From the NCBI GenBank assembly GCA_051382335.1, contig JBBCAX010000180.1:1-26262 (forward strand): DNA of 26,262 nt. The letters are read 5' to 3'. Every line of letters starts with the position of its first letter. Position 1 is the stretch's first letter. The notes beneath the pieces were generated by a model, which did not search any database, was not told the DNA's origin, and worked only from the letters and a program-made list of their open reading frames with translations. A program made the position numbers and the translations under genes. This document shows, piece by piece, positions 1 to 9,645 of this stretch. The DNA is from Deltaproteobacteria bacterium TL4. Its GTDB lineage: Bacteria > SAR324 > NAC60-12.

Positions 1-41
1 AATTTTAATGCCTTTTCTGGAGATTGAGATTCTTCTGTCAT
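1..41 (-). CDS. 5' end of a gene running off the left edge (MTEESQSPEKALKI...), product unknown
   Basis: ATG at 41-39 on the minus strand preceded by an AAAGGAG Shine-Dalgarno (plus ctccttt at 46-52); frame is open to the window edge. Too short to assign a family. Confidence 0.6.
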   Translation of the reverse strand, partial: MTEESQSPEKALK

Positions 42-185
42 AAGACTCCTTTAGGGTTGGGGTTGAAGTCCTATGATAACTTTCTATCCTTCTGAAACAC
101 AATCTTTTTTTTATGAGAAAGCCGTGCTCCATCAATAGCCTTTAACAATACCTTTGCTAAATGATGAGATGGCCTGTTGGCGGGA

Positions 186-242
186 GGCTGAGCGAAGTTG
201 AAGCCTATGATTTCAGTGCCTTGCAATCCCCTTCGACTCTGC
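186..242. repeat. Degenerate REP-like palindromic intergenic element (GGCTGAGCGAAGTTGAAGCC ... CCCTTCGACTCTGC)
   Basis: Two roughly complementary half-units at 186-205 and 229-242 resemble the widespread CTTCGAC-n-GCTCAG / CTGAGC-n-GTCGAAG repeat class; located just downstream of the kinase stop codon. Confidence 0.5.
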
Positions 243-275
243 GGCACACCCTACATCACATTCTCGGACAGCCAC

Positions 276-3200
276 CTAGCAGGAAAAATAGTGGAAGGAG
301 GTGGTTTGGGAAGTTTTAGGTTTATTGGGATCAATATTGAAGAGCGTGATGACTTCGGTTTTGACACCAGCTTTAACGTTAATAATGACCAGATCTGAGG
401 CTTCAATAATTTGAAAGAGACCACGCCCCGCACCGCCCTTGTTGCGATCGTCATTTAAGGATTCGGATTTCCCTTCATAACAATGCTGCAAATAATCCAG
501 AATCGTTTCACGGTCTAGTGCGCCAAAAGGGTCTTCCACCGCTACAGCTACGAGTAAACCGTCACACGCATAATGAAAACAACCGGTTTCTTCAGGTTTT
601 AATTCTACCGCTACTGTTCGGGAAAGGTGATTGTAAAGCGAATTCCCTTGTGCGTCAACCGGGGCATCATAAATTGCGTTCATCAATAATTCTTCGGAAA
701 CCATCACACATTTTTGTAAAATATTTCGCCTGACGCCCAATTGCGATAGGTGTTCTTCCATGGCGTTGACCAATTCCGATCGTGTTTCGCTACTCACAAC
801 AGGATGCGTCTGTACATCAACACCCCAACTTAAATATTTTTCGAGGCCAAACAAATCATCACTGATCAATTTACTGACCGTGGTAAAAATATTTTTTAAG
901 GTGAAGGTCCGGTCGTCGTCATTACGAGAAACAATATTTGAAAGAAACGGACGCTGTTTTAAAATGGGAATGTAACTTGGCGCATCCTCAGAAGTCATGA
1001 ATACCATTTGGGTTTTAGGACTCACGTCATGTGCGATGGAGGTCAAGCCAATTAAATCTGAATTAAAGCAAAGGATATCATACTGATTCGATCGTAACAG
1101 GCGTTCTCCTTCTTCAAAATCAGCGGTAATATCAAGATTAACCCCGGTTCCTCCAAGAGCCATTTTCGCTAACATTTGTTGCTTTTTATCACTCTCCGCC
1201 AACAAAACCCGTTTGCTTCGAATGGCTTGTTCAGAAAAATAGAGTGAGGAAATAGGCCGCAGTGTTTCTTCTATTTGATGTCCTTCACGCAAGGCCTGAC
1301 GAATATATTCCTGGACATTTGGCGGAGCCCCTAATGCGGTACTGAGTGTATTTTGCAAAGACTGTAACGTTGTTTCCCGTAAGGTACTTAGCTTTTTAAA
1401 AAGCTGTTCTTTGGTTTGATTGAGATCTTCCAACTTCCTGTTGCTGGCCATCAATTTGGTGTTCTGTTGTTCCACCTCTTGCAAAGATTCATTCAGTTGA
1501 CGTGTTCGTTTTGCCACTTTCCTTTCGAGCGCCATGATGAAACTCAGCTCTTCCAAGGCCGCGGACAGAGAAAGGGAAAGCGTATCAATAAACTCTTTCA
1601 GTTCATCGCCAAAGCGTGCTACCTCAATTTTTTCCAGCTCAATCACCCCCAACCAGCGATCACGGTGTAAAAAAGGGATATAGAGTTTTTGGCCAGATAA
1701 AAAACAGCCGGCTTTGGCATGCTCTATTGAAATTTCAGAGGATAAGGGAAACACCGGGGAAAAGGTATGTCCCGCTTTATCGATATGTTCCGCGTCCAGG
1801 TAGGGATGTCCATTTCTAAAAATAGGAAATTCAAAGGTCGCATAGCCTGGTGTTCCCTCTTCAGCGGTTTCTTCAAAACAAAGACGCGCCTCGCCCAGGT
1901 TATTGGCAATGGGAAGTTTGCTTAAAATCGTGTTGGAGGCCAAAACCATTGCGGTCAGTTTATCTCCGGCTTCCGCCACCTCCCGTGAACCTTTTAACAA
2001 AAGCGTTAAGCGTTCGTTGGCTTGAGCATAGGCGATGTTTACATCCGCGAGTTCTAAATGGGTTTCAATACGTGCTAATAATTCTTCCCTGAAGAAGGGT
2101 TTTCCCAAGTAATCATTGGCACCACTATTGAGTCCTTGAACCAGATCATCGAGTTGGTTCTTCGCCGTCAACATCACGACTGGTAATGTTGATGCCGTAT
2201 GCTTTTGACGAATCTGTTGACATACCTCATATCCGCTCATTCGAGGCATCATGAGATCTAAAACAATCAGGTCCGGTAATTCCTCTTCAAGTATTTCCAA
2301 CGCTCTGAATCCATCTTGCGCTGTAAGGACACGATACTTGTGATGGGTTAGGTGGTTACTCAGCACTTTTAAATTAACCGGCTCATCATCCACAACCAAT
2401 ATGGTCTTGCCTAAAAAGGTTGAATGGACTTCAACAGTTTCTGTGGCAGCCTGCTCCTCTTGATCTTTCGCTAAAGAGTCTCTCGCTTCCAAAGTACGAA
2501 GCGTTTCTTGCGCGGAACTATTTTTGACCGTTTGCTCCTCAGCAATGGGCAGCGTAAAGGAAAAGGTGGAGCCCTTCCCCAACGTGCTTTCGACGTGAAT
2601 CTGGCTCCTGTGTAACTCCACCAACTGCTTGGTCACTGTAAGTCCCAATCCTGTTCCTCCAAACTCCCTTGCAATCGACCCATCTACTTGTTCAAACGAG
2701 ACAAAGATACTTTCTAATTTATCATGGGGAATCCCAATTCCTGTATCCGCAACAGAAATATGGATGTTTGGACCTTTCTGCTCTGCTTTAATGACAACCT
2801 CCCCTTCTCGCGTAAATTTGACACCGTTGCCGATGAGGTTGTACAAGATTTGCTGCAAGCGATTTTCATCCGCGTAAACGAGAGGAAGTGAGTCAGGAAT
2901 GTGGTTAATCAACTTGATGGGTTTTTGTCCTATCAAGGGTTGCGACATGTGTAAAACCAATTCGACCAGGGTTTTGAGGTCAATCGGTTCCAGTTGTAAT
3001 TGCAACTCCTGATTTTTCATCTTGGAAAAATCCAAAATGTCGTTCACCAGATTGGCCAGCCGTTTACCACTTTGAATAATGATTTTCAAATCCTGTGCTT
3101 GTCCAGGCGTCACCTCCCCTTTGAAACCATCAATCAGCGATTCACTCAACCCGATAATTCCATTCAGCGGGGTTCTCAACTCGTGAGAAGTATTTGCCAA

Positions 3201-4502
3201 AAAATCATCTTTCAACTTATCGAGAGTCAGCAATTGTTCTGATAAGTTTTCCACAGCGGTAAACGCCTTTGAAAACCGAAGGGACAACATAAAGGATTGC
3301 GCAAAAATAAAGAAAAACAATCCAAACGGCACCATATCATCAGTGTAAATCACATTATTGTGGTACAAAATATCGTTGATGACCGTCAAAAACATCACCA
3401 AAAAACCGCCAACGATAATGAGCGAGCCTTCCCTCTTTCTCACCGTTGATTTCACGAGACTATAGATGCCGTAACACGCTACAATGACGAGCCATAGCTG
3501 ATAAGGTTGGGTTAACTGAGAATAAACAGAAATCGGTGTGATCAAGGTAACCACACAACCGAGGGATCCGACCACTTGCGTCGCTTGCAGAACTTTTTTA
3601 GAAAACTCTTCAGGATAAAGAAAATGAATAAACATGAAAAATATTGGCACCGAAGCAAATAAGACCAAGTACTCCAGAGAAGAGTAAAACTCGAAGGGAA
3701 GTTCAGGAAACGCCACCACCATGTATCGCTCTCCAATCACTGTGATTCGTGAAGCGATGATCATACAAAAAAGTCCAAAATACAGCGTTGATCGTTCCTT
3801 CGGCCGTAAGGCGAATAAACCAAAATGGTATAACGCCATCATAAAAATACTGCCGAACAAAAATAAATCCAGCGTCAATTGCCGTTCCCGTTCTCTCTGA
3901 ATTTGAGACTCTAACCCAAAACTGATCGATAGCCAAAAGCCACCTTTCCTATGAGAAAAATTGGCAATCTGGATCACAACTTCCACAATGTTACTGTTGG
4001 GTTGAAAGGTGGCGATCTGAGATAAATACTGAGGAATCGTACTCTTACGACTGTTTCCAACCTGCCCGGCTTGCATTAAAGGTTTTCCCTGAGTCCACAG
4101 CATAAACGCGGAAGAAAAGGACCTGGCTTTGATCGCATAAAGGGGACTGGGATCTTTGACACGGATTCTTAAACGATAAGTGGCGTAAGCATTTCCAGAA
4201 CGCTTCTTACCCGCGATTTTAACATCATTCCAAGGTCGTGGAACCACAAACATATCGGTGATTTCGGGCATTTTCTCACGATTGAAAGCTTGAGGAGTCA
4301 GCAGTTGCTCCCAGTACAGCTCCCACTCTCCGTCCAGCTTGAGCGCCCCTTGCTGCTCAAAATCCCAATGGGAGAGATCCAGTATGCCATTTATTGCTTT
4401 TGGGGGTTTGCTTCTGTTTTGAACCTCAGAAGTACACGAAAGACAAAACCATGTAATGAGCCATGACGTCATTAAAAAAATAATCCGAGATTTCTGCTTC
4501 AT
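276..4502 (-). CDS. Membrane hybrid sensor histidine kinase: periplasmic DISM-type sugar-binding-like domain, 7TM-DISM, HisKA, HATPase, REC, GAF-like region, coiled coil, degenerate REC, C-terminal GHKL (anti-sigma kinase-like) domain
   Basis: N-terminal hydrophobic signal with LSC; LDGEWELYW and YATYRL motifs; about 7 TM segments; H-box ANTSHELRTPLNG; N-box QILYNLIGNGVKFT; DTGIGI, FEQ and GGTGLGL; REC ILVVDDE...DLMMP...LTAK...KP; C-terminal EELLMNAIYD...VEDPFG...GAGRGL. Confidence 0.9.
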   Translation of the reverse strand: MKQKSRIIFLMTSWLITWFCLSCTSEVQNRSKPPKAINGILDLSHWDFEQQGALKLDGEWELYWEQLLTPQAFNREKMPEITDMFVVPRPWNDVKIAGKKRSGNAYATYRLRIRVKDPSPLYAIKARSFSSAFMLWTQGKPLMQAGQVGNSRKSTIPQYLSQIATFQPNSNIVEVVIQIANFSHRKGGFWLSISFGLESQIQRERERQLTLDLFLFGSIFMMALYHFGLFALRPKERSTLYFGLFCMIIASRITVIGERYMVVAFPELPFEFYSSLEYLVLFASVPIFFMFIHFLYPEEFSKKVLQATQVVGSLGCVVTLITPISVYSQLTQPYQLWLVIVACYGIYSLVKSTVRKREGSLIIVGGFLVMFLTVINDILYHNNVIYTDDMVPFGLFFFIFAQSFMLSLRFSKAFTAVENLSEQLLTLDKLKDDFLANTSHELRTPLNGIIGLSESLIDGFKGEVTPGQAQDLKIIIQSGKRLANLVNDILDFSKMKNQELQLQLEPIDLKTLVELVLHMSQPLIGQKPIKLINHIPDSLPLVYADENRLQQILYNLIGNGVKFTREGEVVIKAEQKGPNIHISVADTGIGIPHDKLESIFVSFEQVDGSIAREFGGTGLGLTVTKQLVELHRSQIHVESTLGKGSTFSFTLPIAEEQTVKNSSAQETLRTLEARDSLAKDQEEQAATETVEVHSTFLGKTILVVDDEPVNLKVLSNHLTHHKYRVLTAQDGFRALEILEEELPDLIVLDLMMPRMSGYEVCQQIRQKHTASTLPVVMLTAKNQLDDLVQGLNSGANDYLGKPFFREELLARIETHLELADVNIAYAQANERLTLLLKGSREVAEAGDKLTAMVLASNTILSKLPIANNLGEARLCFEETAEEGTPGYATFEFPIFRNGHPYLDAEHIDKAGHTFSPVFPLSSEISIEHAKAGCFLSGQKLYIPFLHRDRWLGVIELEKIEVARFGDELKEFIDTLSLSLSAALEELSFIMALERKVAKRTRQLNESLQEVEQQNTKLMASNRKLEDLNQTKEQLFKKLSTLRETTLQSLQNTLSTALGAPPNVQEYIRQALREGHQIEETLRPISSLYFSEQAIRSKRVLLAESDKKQQMLAKMALGGTGVNLDITADFEEGERLLRSNQYDILCFNSDLIGLTSIAHDVSPKTQMVFMTSEDAPSYIPILKQRPFLSNIVSRNDDDRTFTLKNIFTTVSKLISDDLFGLEKYLSWGVDVQTHPVVSSETRSELVNAMEEHLSQLGVRRNILQKCVMVSEELLMNAIYDAPVDAQGNSLYNHLSRTVAVELKPEETGCFHYACDGLLVAVAVEDPFGALDRETILDYLQHCYEGKSESLNDDRNKGGAGRGLFQIIEASDLVIINVKAGVKTEVITLFNIDPNKPKTSQTTSFHYFSC

Positions 4503-4634
4503 AACTTAAGTCTCATTGTTGACGAGTCAAGGGCCCTTGGGAAATACCCTGTTCTAAGGAAAATGGCTTTAATTTTTCATACCTACCTTATGCATGGCAA
4601 AACGAAGAGTAAAAAGCAAAAGGATTAAACCGTG

Positions 4635-7481
4635 TTAAGTAGATTCGGAGAGATTTACCCCATGACATTTTTTATATTTCTTTCCACTTCCACAAAAACA
4701 AGGATCATTGCGCCCTATATCATATTGCTTTTTAACAGGCTTGTTAGGGGGTTTCGGTGGCGGTGTTTTGGATGCGGTGGTCCCTGCTTCTTCGTGGATA
4801 TAGTTCAATTCTTCAGGAATCATCTTTTCTCTGGGTTCGATTACCGTATGGGCAAGCGTCAATTGATAGAACGTGGTGACCGCATCATAATTGATTCGCT
4901 GCATGAGTCTGGAAAACAACTCAAACCCCTGTTTTTTATACTCTTCCAGCGGTTTTTTCTGAGCATACCCCACTAAACCTATTCCTTCTCGGAGGTAGTC
5001 CATGGATAAAAGGTGGTCTTTCCACAAGTCATCATTTATTTTCAACAAGATCTGACGTTCCAAGTCGATGACCATTTGCCTAAAGGCGTCTTCGTTATAT
5101 ACTTTTTCCGAACGAATAAAAACATCCTTGAAATAATTTATTTTTTCGCGATAGATCTGTTCCACAACCTCACAAAAAGCATCTATGTACTCGTCCCGTT
5201 CTTTTGCGTTTTCATACCATTTGGGGTCAGGAATACGGCCAAAAATTTGGAAAAAGTGTTTGTTGAAACCTTGAACATCCCATTGATCGGCAAACTTATG
5301 ATCACAATATTCATCCATTAATTCTTCAACAACATCAGCGGACATTTCAAAAAGTAAATTTTGAATTTCTCCGCTTAAAATATCTCGACGCCTTTTATAA
5401 ATGATTCCCCGCTGACGATTCATCACATCATCATATTCTAAAACATGCTTCCGCATATCAAAATGATGTCCTTCAACTTTTTTCTGCGCATTCCCAATCG
5501 CTTTGGTGATGAAAATATGTTCAATGGGTTCATCTTCTTCAATATGCAGACGATCCATCAGCTTCGAAATGCGTTCTCCACCAAAAAGTCTTAAGAGTTC
5601 ATCTTCCAGAGAAAGATAGAATTGAGAGGCTCCGGGATCTCCTTGACGACCTGAACGTCCTCGTAACTGATTATCAATACGGCGACTGTCATGACGTCCT
5701 GTTCCCAACACAAAAAGCCCTCCAAATTTCAAGGCTTCCGGTGAAGGTTTAATATCGGTTCCTCGCCCTGCCATATTGGTCGCAATGGTTACTGCTTTGA
5801 CTTGCCCGGCGTTTGCGATAATCTCAGCTTCGCGCTCATGATGTTTCGCATTGAGAACTTCATGGGTGATCCGGCTTTGATAGAGCATCCGACTCAGTTT
5901 CTCGGAAATTTCAATGGAAACCGTTCCGACCAAAACAGGCCGTCCCACGTCATAAAGAGCCTTAATATGAGCTATCGCCGCACGATGTTTGGCATTTTCG
6001 GTTTTATAAATCACATCAGACAGATCCTCCCGGATTACGGGCTTATTGGGAGGTATGACCACGACCCCTAAATTATAGATTTTTTTAAATTCATCCTTTT
6101 CTGTTTCCGCGGTCCCTGTCATTCCTGCCAGTTTTTCATAAAGCCGGAAGTAATTTTGAAACGTGATGGTCGCTAATGTTTGGTTTTCCCGTTCAACGGT
6201 AACCCGTTCCTTCGCTTCCAAGGCTTGATGAAGTCCATCACTAAACCGACGTCCTGGCATCATCCGACCCGTAAATTCGTCAACAATGACCACTTGGTTA
6301 TTCTGAACCACATAGTCAACATCACGTTTGAAGGTGTAATGGGCTTTCAAGGCCTGGTTGACATAATGCAGAATTTCAATGTTTTCATAGTCGAATAAAC
6401 TCGTATTTTCAACCAGCAGTTTTTTTGCGTTGAGACGCCTTTCAATTTCTTCAGAACCTCTTTCGGTCAAAATAACACTTTTTGACTTTTCGTCCAAGGA
6501 ATAGTCCCCTTCCCGAACCACCTCCTGATCTTCAAGCTCTTGCCAGTTTTCCGCAATATCGTGATTTTCTTCAGGTGTGAGTTTGGTGATTTCTTCTTTT
6601 CGAATTTCACGGGAGAGCTGATAGACGAGGTTATTAATCACAGCGTACTTCTCAACATTTTCTTCCGTTGGGCCACTGATAATTAAGGGGGTTCGAGCTT
6701 CATCAATCAGGATACTATCCACCTCGTCAACAATGGCAAAATGGTACTCCGTCTGGGTGTAATCTTCTTGAGAATACTTCATATTGTCTCTCAAGTAATC
6801 AAAGCCAAACTCATTATTAGTCCCATAGGTGATGTCTTTGCGGTAATTATCCCGACGTTTCTGATCAGAAAATCCATGTTGAATCAACCCTGTTGAAATC
6901 CCCAAAAAATCATAGATCTGTCCCATCCATTGACTGTCGCGTTTTGCCAGATAATCGTTGGGAGTGACAATGTGGACCCCCCGCCCCGAGAGTGAGTTCA
7001 AATAGGCGGGACAGGTCGATGCCAGCGTTTTTCCTTCTCCCGTTTGCATTTCCGCGATATTCCCATCATGCAGCGCGATTCCGCCAATCAACTGTACATC
7101 GTAATGACGTTCTCCAATAACTCTAACCGCGGCTTCACGGGTTAAAGCAAAGGCTTCAGGCAGGATTTCATCCAGAATTTCTTTTTGTCGGCTTTTTAGT
7201 TTTTCTTGAAGTTTTCGCAGATCCGCAACTAAAAACTCCACTTCCTCAGAGATTTTTTCATTCTGAATCTTGGCTTTGGTTTCCTCAATTTGAGCGTTGA
7301 TTTTTCCTAATTCGCCCTGAATCCGTCCCTTGAACTCTGCCGTTTTTTTAGGGAAGTCTTCATCATTCAAGGCTTGAATTTGAGGTTCAAAAGAATTGAT
7401 TATTTCAACAATCTTATTGTATTTCTTAATGTTTTTTTTATTTTCATCACTAAAAAATTTTGTGATTCTATCCAACAGCAT
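4635..7481 (-). CDS. secA: Preprotein translocase ATPase SecA
   Basis: AEMQTGEGKT Walker A, VDEVDSILIDEARTPLIISG, IATNMAGRGTDI, RRIDNQLRGRSGRQGDPG and C-terminal SEC-C motif GRNDPCFCGSGKKYKKCHG. Confidence 0.99.
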   Translation of the reverse strand: MLLDRITKFFSDENKKNIKKYNKIVEIINSFEPQIQALNDEDFPKKTAEFKGRIQGELGKINAQIEETKAKIQNEKISEEVEFLVADLRKLQEKLKSRQKEILDEILPEAFALTREAAVRVIGERHYDVQLIGGIALHDGNIAEMQTGEGKTLASTCPAYLNSLSGRGVHIVTPNDYLAKRDSQWMGQIYDFLGISTGLIQHGFSDQKRRDNYRKDITYGTNNEFGFDYLRDNMKYSQEDYTQTEYHFAIVDEVDSILIDEARTPLIISGPTEENVEKYAVINNLVYQLSREIRKEEITKLTPEENHDIAENWQELEDQEVVREGDYSLDEKSKSVILTERGSEEIERRLNAKKLLVENTSLFDYENIEILHYVNQALKAHYTFKRDVDYVVQNNQVVIVDEFTGRMMPGRRFSDGLHQALEAKERVTVERENQTLATITFQNYFRLYEKLAGMTGTAETEKDEFKKIYNLGVVVIPPNKPVIREDLSDVIYKTENAKHRAAIAHIKALYDVGRPVLVGTVSIEISEKLSRMLYQSRITHEVLNAKHHEREAEIIANAGQVKAVTIATNMAGRGTDIKPSPEALKFGGLFVLGTGRHDSRRIDNQLRGRSGRQGDPGASQFYLSLEDELLRLFGGERISKLMDRLHIEEDEPIEHIFITKAIGNAQKKVEGHHFDMRKHVLEYDDVMNRQRGIIYKRRRDILSGEIQNLLFEMSADVVEELMDEYCDHKFADQWDVQGFNKHFFQIFGRIPDPKWYENAKERDEYIDAFCEVVEQIYREKINYFKDVFIRSEKVYNEDAFRQMVIDLERQILLKINDDLWKDHLLSMDYLREGIGLVGYAQKKPLEEYKKQGFELFSRLMQRINYDAVTTFYQLTLAHTVIEPREKMIPEELNYIHEEAGTTASKTPPPKPPNKPVKKQYDIGRNDPCFCGSGKKYKKCHGVNLSEST

Positions 7482-7601
7482 GAGGTTGTCCTGGTTGAAG
7501 TTTTTTGCGGAGGTTCATAAGGCTTAGGGTCGCGCCAGAAAATTAACGAGACAAGAATTATCATCATTCGGTCTGCAAATCAAAATTATTTTTTAAGACA
7601 T

Positions 7602-8450
7602 TCATTTTTGAATCAATATGTTATCTAACAAACGAGTTCTTCCAACTTTTGCCGTAACAATGAATAGCGTTTTCTCCTCGAATGTTTTTTGGGGCTCTAA
7701 AGTCTCAGGATGAACAAAAAGAGCATACTCAATAGAAACCTCCTCTCCTGTAACAATCAACGCTTTCAAGGTTTCCGTCAACTGAAGCAAATCCGTTTGC
7801 CCCTCCTCAAGAATAGCCTTCTGTGCCCGTTTTAAGGAGCGGTTGATTCCTAACGCCCTGACTCTTTCTTGAGGGGAGAGATAAACATTACGGGAACTCA
7901 TTGCCAGTCCATCGACTTCACGATGGATAGGGGCCCCGATGATTTCAATAGGCACGTTGAGATCAGCAACCATTTTTCGGATGACTAGCAACTGTTGGAA
8001 ATCCTTGAGTCCAAACACCGCGACATGAGGCTGCAGCACATTAAATAGTTTTAAAACAATCGTGGCGACTCCTTTAAAATGTCCTGGCCTTGCAGCACCT
8101 TCCCATTTTTGAATGAGTGGTGATTCCGGAACCACATACGTAGCAAAACCACCAGGGTACATGGACGAAACTTCAGGTGTAAAAAAAACATCAACCCCCG
8201 CGGATCTCCCTTTTTGTAGATCCTTTTCCAAGTCTCTGGGGTAGGCCTCAAAATCTTCATTTGGTCCAAATTGAGTTGGGTTGACAAAGATGCTCATGAG
8301 CACATGCTCTGCCTGTTGACGAGCAATTTTTACCAAACTTAAATGACCGTCATGCAACGCTCCCATCGTGGGAACCACAGCAACTTTACCCGTTAATCTT
8401 TTGCGTAAAGCAACCATTTCTTCTATATTTTTTGCGATCGTGTAGCTCAT
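7602..8450 (-). CDS. panC: Pantoate--beta-alanine ligase
   Basis: VPTMGALHDGHLSLV, SIFVNPTQFGPNEDF, RPGHFKGVATIV, DGLAMSSRN and TRLLDN. Confidence 0.98.
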   Translation of the reverse strand: MSYTIAKNIEEMVALRKRLTGKVAVVPTMGALHDGHLSLVKIARQQAEHVLMSIFVNPTQFGPNEDFEAYPRDLEKDLQKGRSAGVDVFFTPEVSSMYPGGFATYVVPESPLIQKWEGAARPGHFKGVATIVLKLFNVLQPHVAVFGLKDFQQLLVIRKMVADLNVPIEIIGAPIHREVDGLAMSSRNVYLSPQERVRALGINRSLKRAQKAILEEGQTDLLQLTETLKALIVTGEEVSIEYALFVHPETLEPQKTFEEKTLFIVTAKVGRTRLLDNILIQK

Positions 8451-8624
8451 GTCACCTACTTCAGATGGAGTTTAAAAGTAACGACTCAGGCTTCTAAATT
8501 TGAAAAAGGCGCTAAGGATGAATTCATGGCTCATCTTTTAGAATGCGCTGTACTCAAGATCCTGGTTTGGAGGCTTCTATTGGTACCTCTAAAAAGCAAG
8601 ATGATTATTTGTGCACCAAACGTT

Positions 8625-8885
8625 TCAATAAAGCATGAGGCTGCGCGCAAAATGGAGGACAAACAGTGCAATCAGAACGGAAAGATCCACACCACCAATG
8701 GGAGGAATAACCCTCCGTATCGGTTCCAGCACAGGCTCACAAAAGCGCCTTAAAAACTGCATTGCAGGATGATAAGGGTCAGGACTAAACCACGATCCCA
8801 AGGCATAGACAATCAACATCACACTATAAATACCTAATAAGGCGTCAACGACTTGAGCGAAAGAACGAATGATAGATGGCACCAC
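8625..8885 (-). CDS. yggT: YggT family membrane protein
   Basis: SWFSPDPYHP...EPVLEPIRRVIPPIGGVDLS motif; GTG start with AAGGAG RBS; follows yggS. Confidence 0.93.
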   Translation of the reverse strand: MVPSIIRSFAQVVDALLGIYSVMLIVYALGSWFSPDPYHPAMQFLRRFCEPVLEPIRRVIPPIGGVDLSVLIALFVLHFARSLMLY

Positions 8886-8913
8886 TTCTCCTTAAATTTA
8901 AGTTCAACAGAAA

Positions 8914-9645
8914 TCAGTTACGATCGCCGAAAATAGCACGACCCAGGCGAATCATGGTCGAACCCTCTTGAACCGCCCAAGAATAATCAGCGCTCATTCC
9001 CATGGACAATTCGGTTAAGGTTTCTAAGCCCATTTGGGATTGTAAACGTTCTAACCCTTGGCGCAGGTCGGCAAATGTTTGACGAGTTTGCTTTTCGCCT
9101 ATATTGGGTTCGGCCATCGTCATGAGACCTCTCCATTTTAACCATTGAAACTCACAAAGCTTTTCGCCCAACCGACAGACGTCATCCCAATTCCAAATTC
9201 CATTTTTACTGTCTTCATGAGAGAGATTGACCTGAATCAAGGCTTGTAAGGGTTTTTCAAGTTGAGCGCATCGTTGCTCCAGTTTATGCGCCAGTTCGAA
9301 AGAATCTACCGAATGGATCCAAGCAAACGTACCTGGACAAAAACGGGCCTTGTTTTTTTGTAAATGCCCAATCAAATGCCACTCCATTGAAGGGTGTGAC
9401 GAAAAATGCTCTATCTTGCTCAGTGCCTCCTGAATTCGGTTTTCACCAAAAGAACACTGTCCTGTTTCAAAGGCACTTTCAATGGCATCCACCGGATAGG
9501 TCTTGGAAACGGCAATCAGTTTGACGGTTTCAGGCTTTCGGCCTGCAGACTGTGCGAGTTCGGCAATCTGAAAGTGGATCTGTTCTAAATTTTTCTGTAT
9601 TTGTGGTGCAAGCATGGGTTTCGTTAGCAAAGCGTTTTTCTTCAT
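8914..9645 (-). CDS. yggS: YggS/PLPBP pyridoxal-phosphate homeostasis protein
   Basis: LIAVSKT, FGENRIQEA, WHLIGHLQKNK, LSMGMSADY and GSTMIRLGRAIFG. Start placed at 9645 from the ATGA overlap with the upstream stop; 9615 is an alternative. Confidence 0.95.
   Translation of the reverse strand: MKKNALLTKPMLAPQIQKNLEQIHFQIAELAQSAGRKPETVKLIAVSKTYPVDAIESAFETGQCSFGENRIQEALSKIEHFSSHPSMEWHLIGHLQKNKARFCPGTFAWIHSVDSFELAHKLEQRCAQLEKPLQALIQVNLSHEDSKNGIWNWDDVCRLGEKLCEFQWLKWRGLMTMAEPNIGEKQTRQTFADLRQGLERLQSQMGLETLTELSMGMSADYSWAVQEGSTMIRLGRAIFGDRN

Noticed and set aside
198..3936. Short ORFs overlapping the histidine kinase (e.g. 198-398, 518-733, 2629-2877)
   Set aside because: Antisense or alternate-frame shadows of a long motif-rich gene, with no recognisable motifs of their own.
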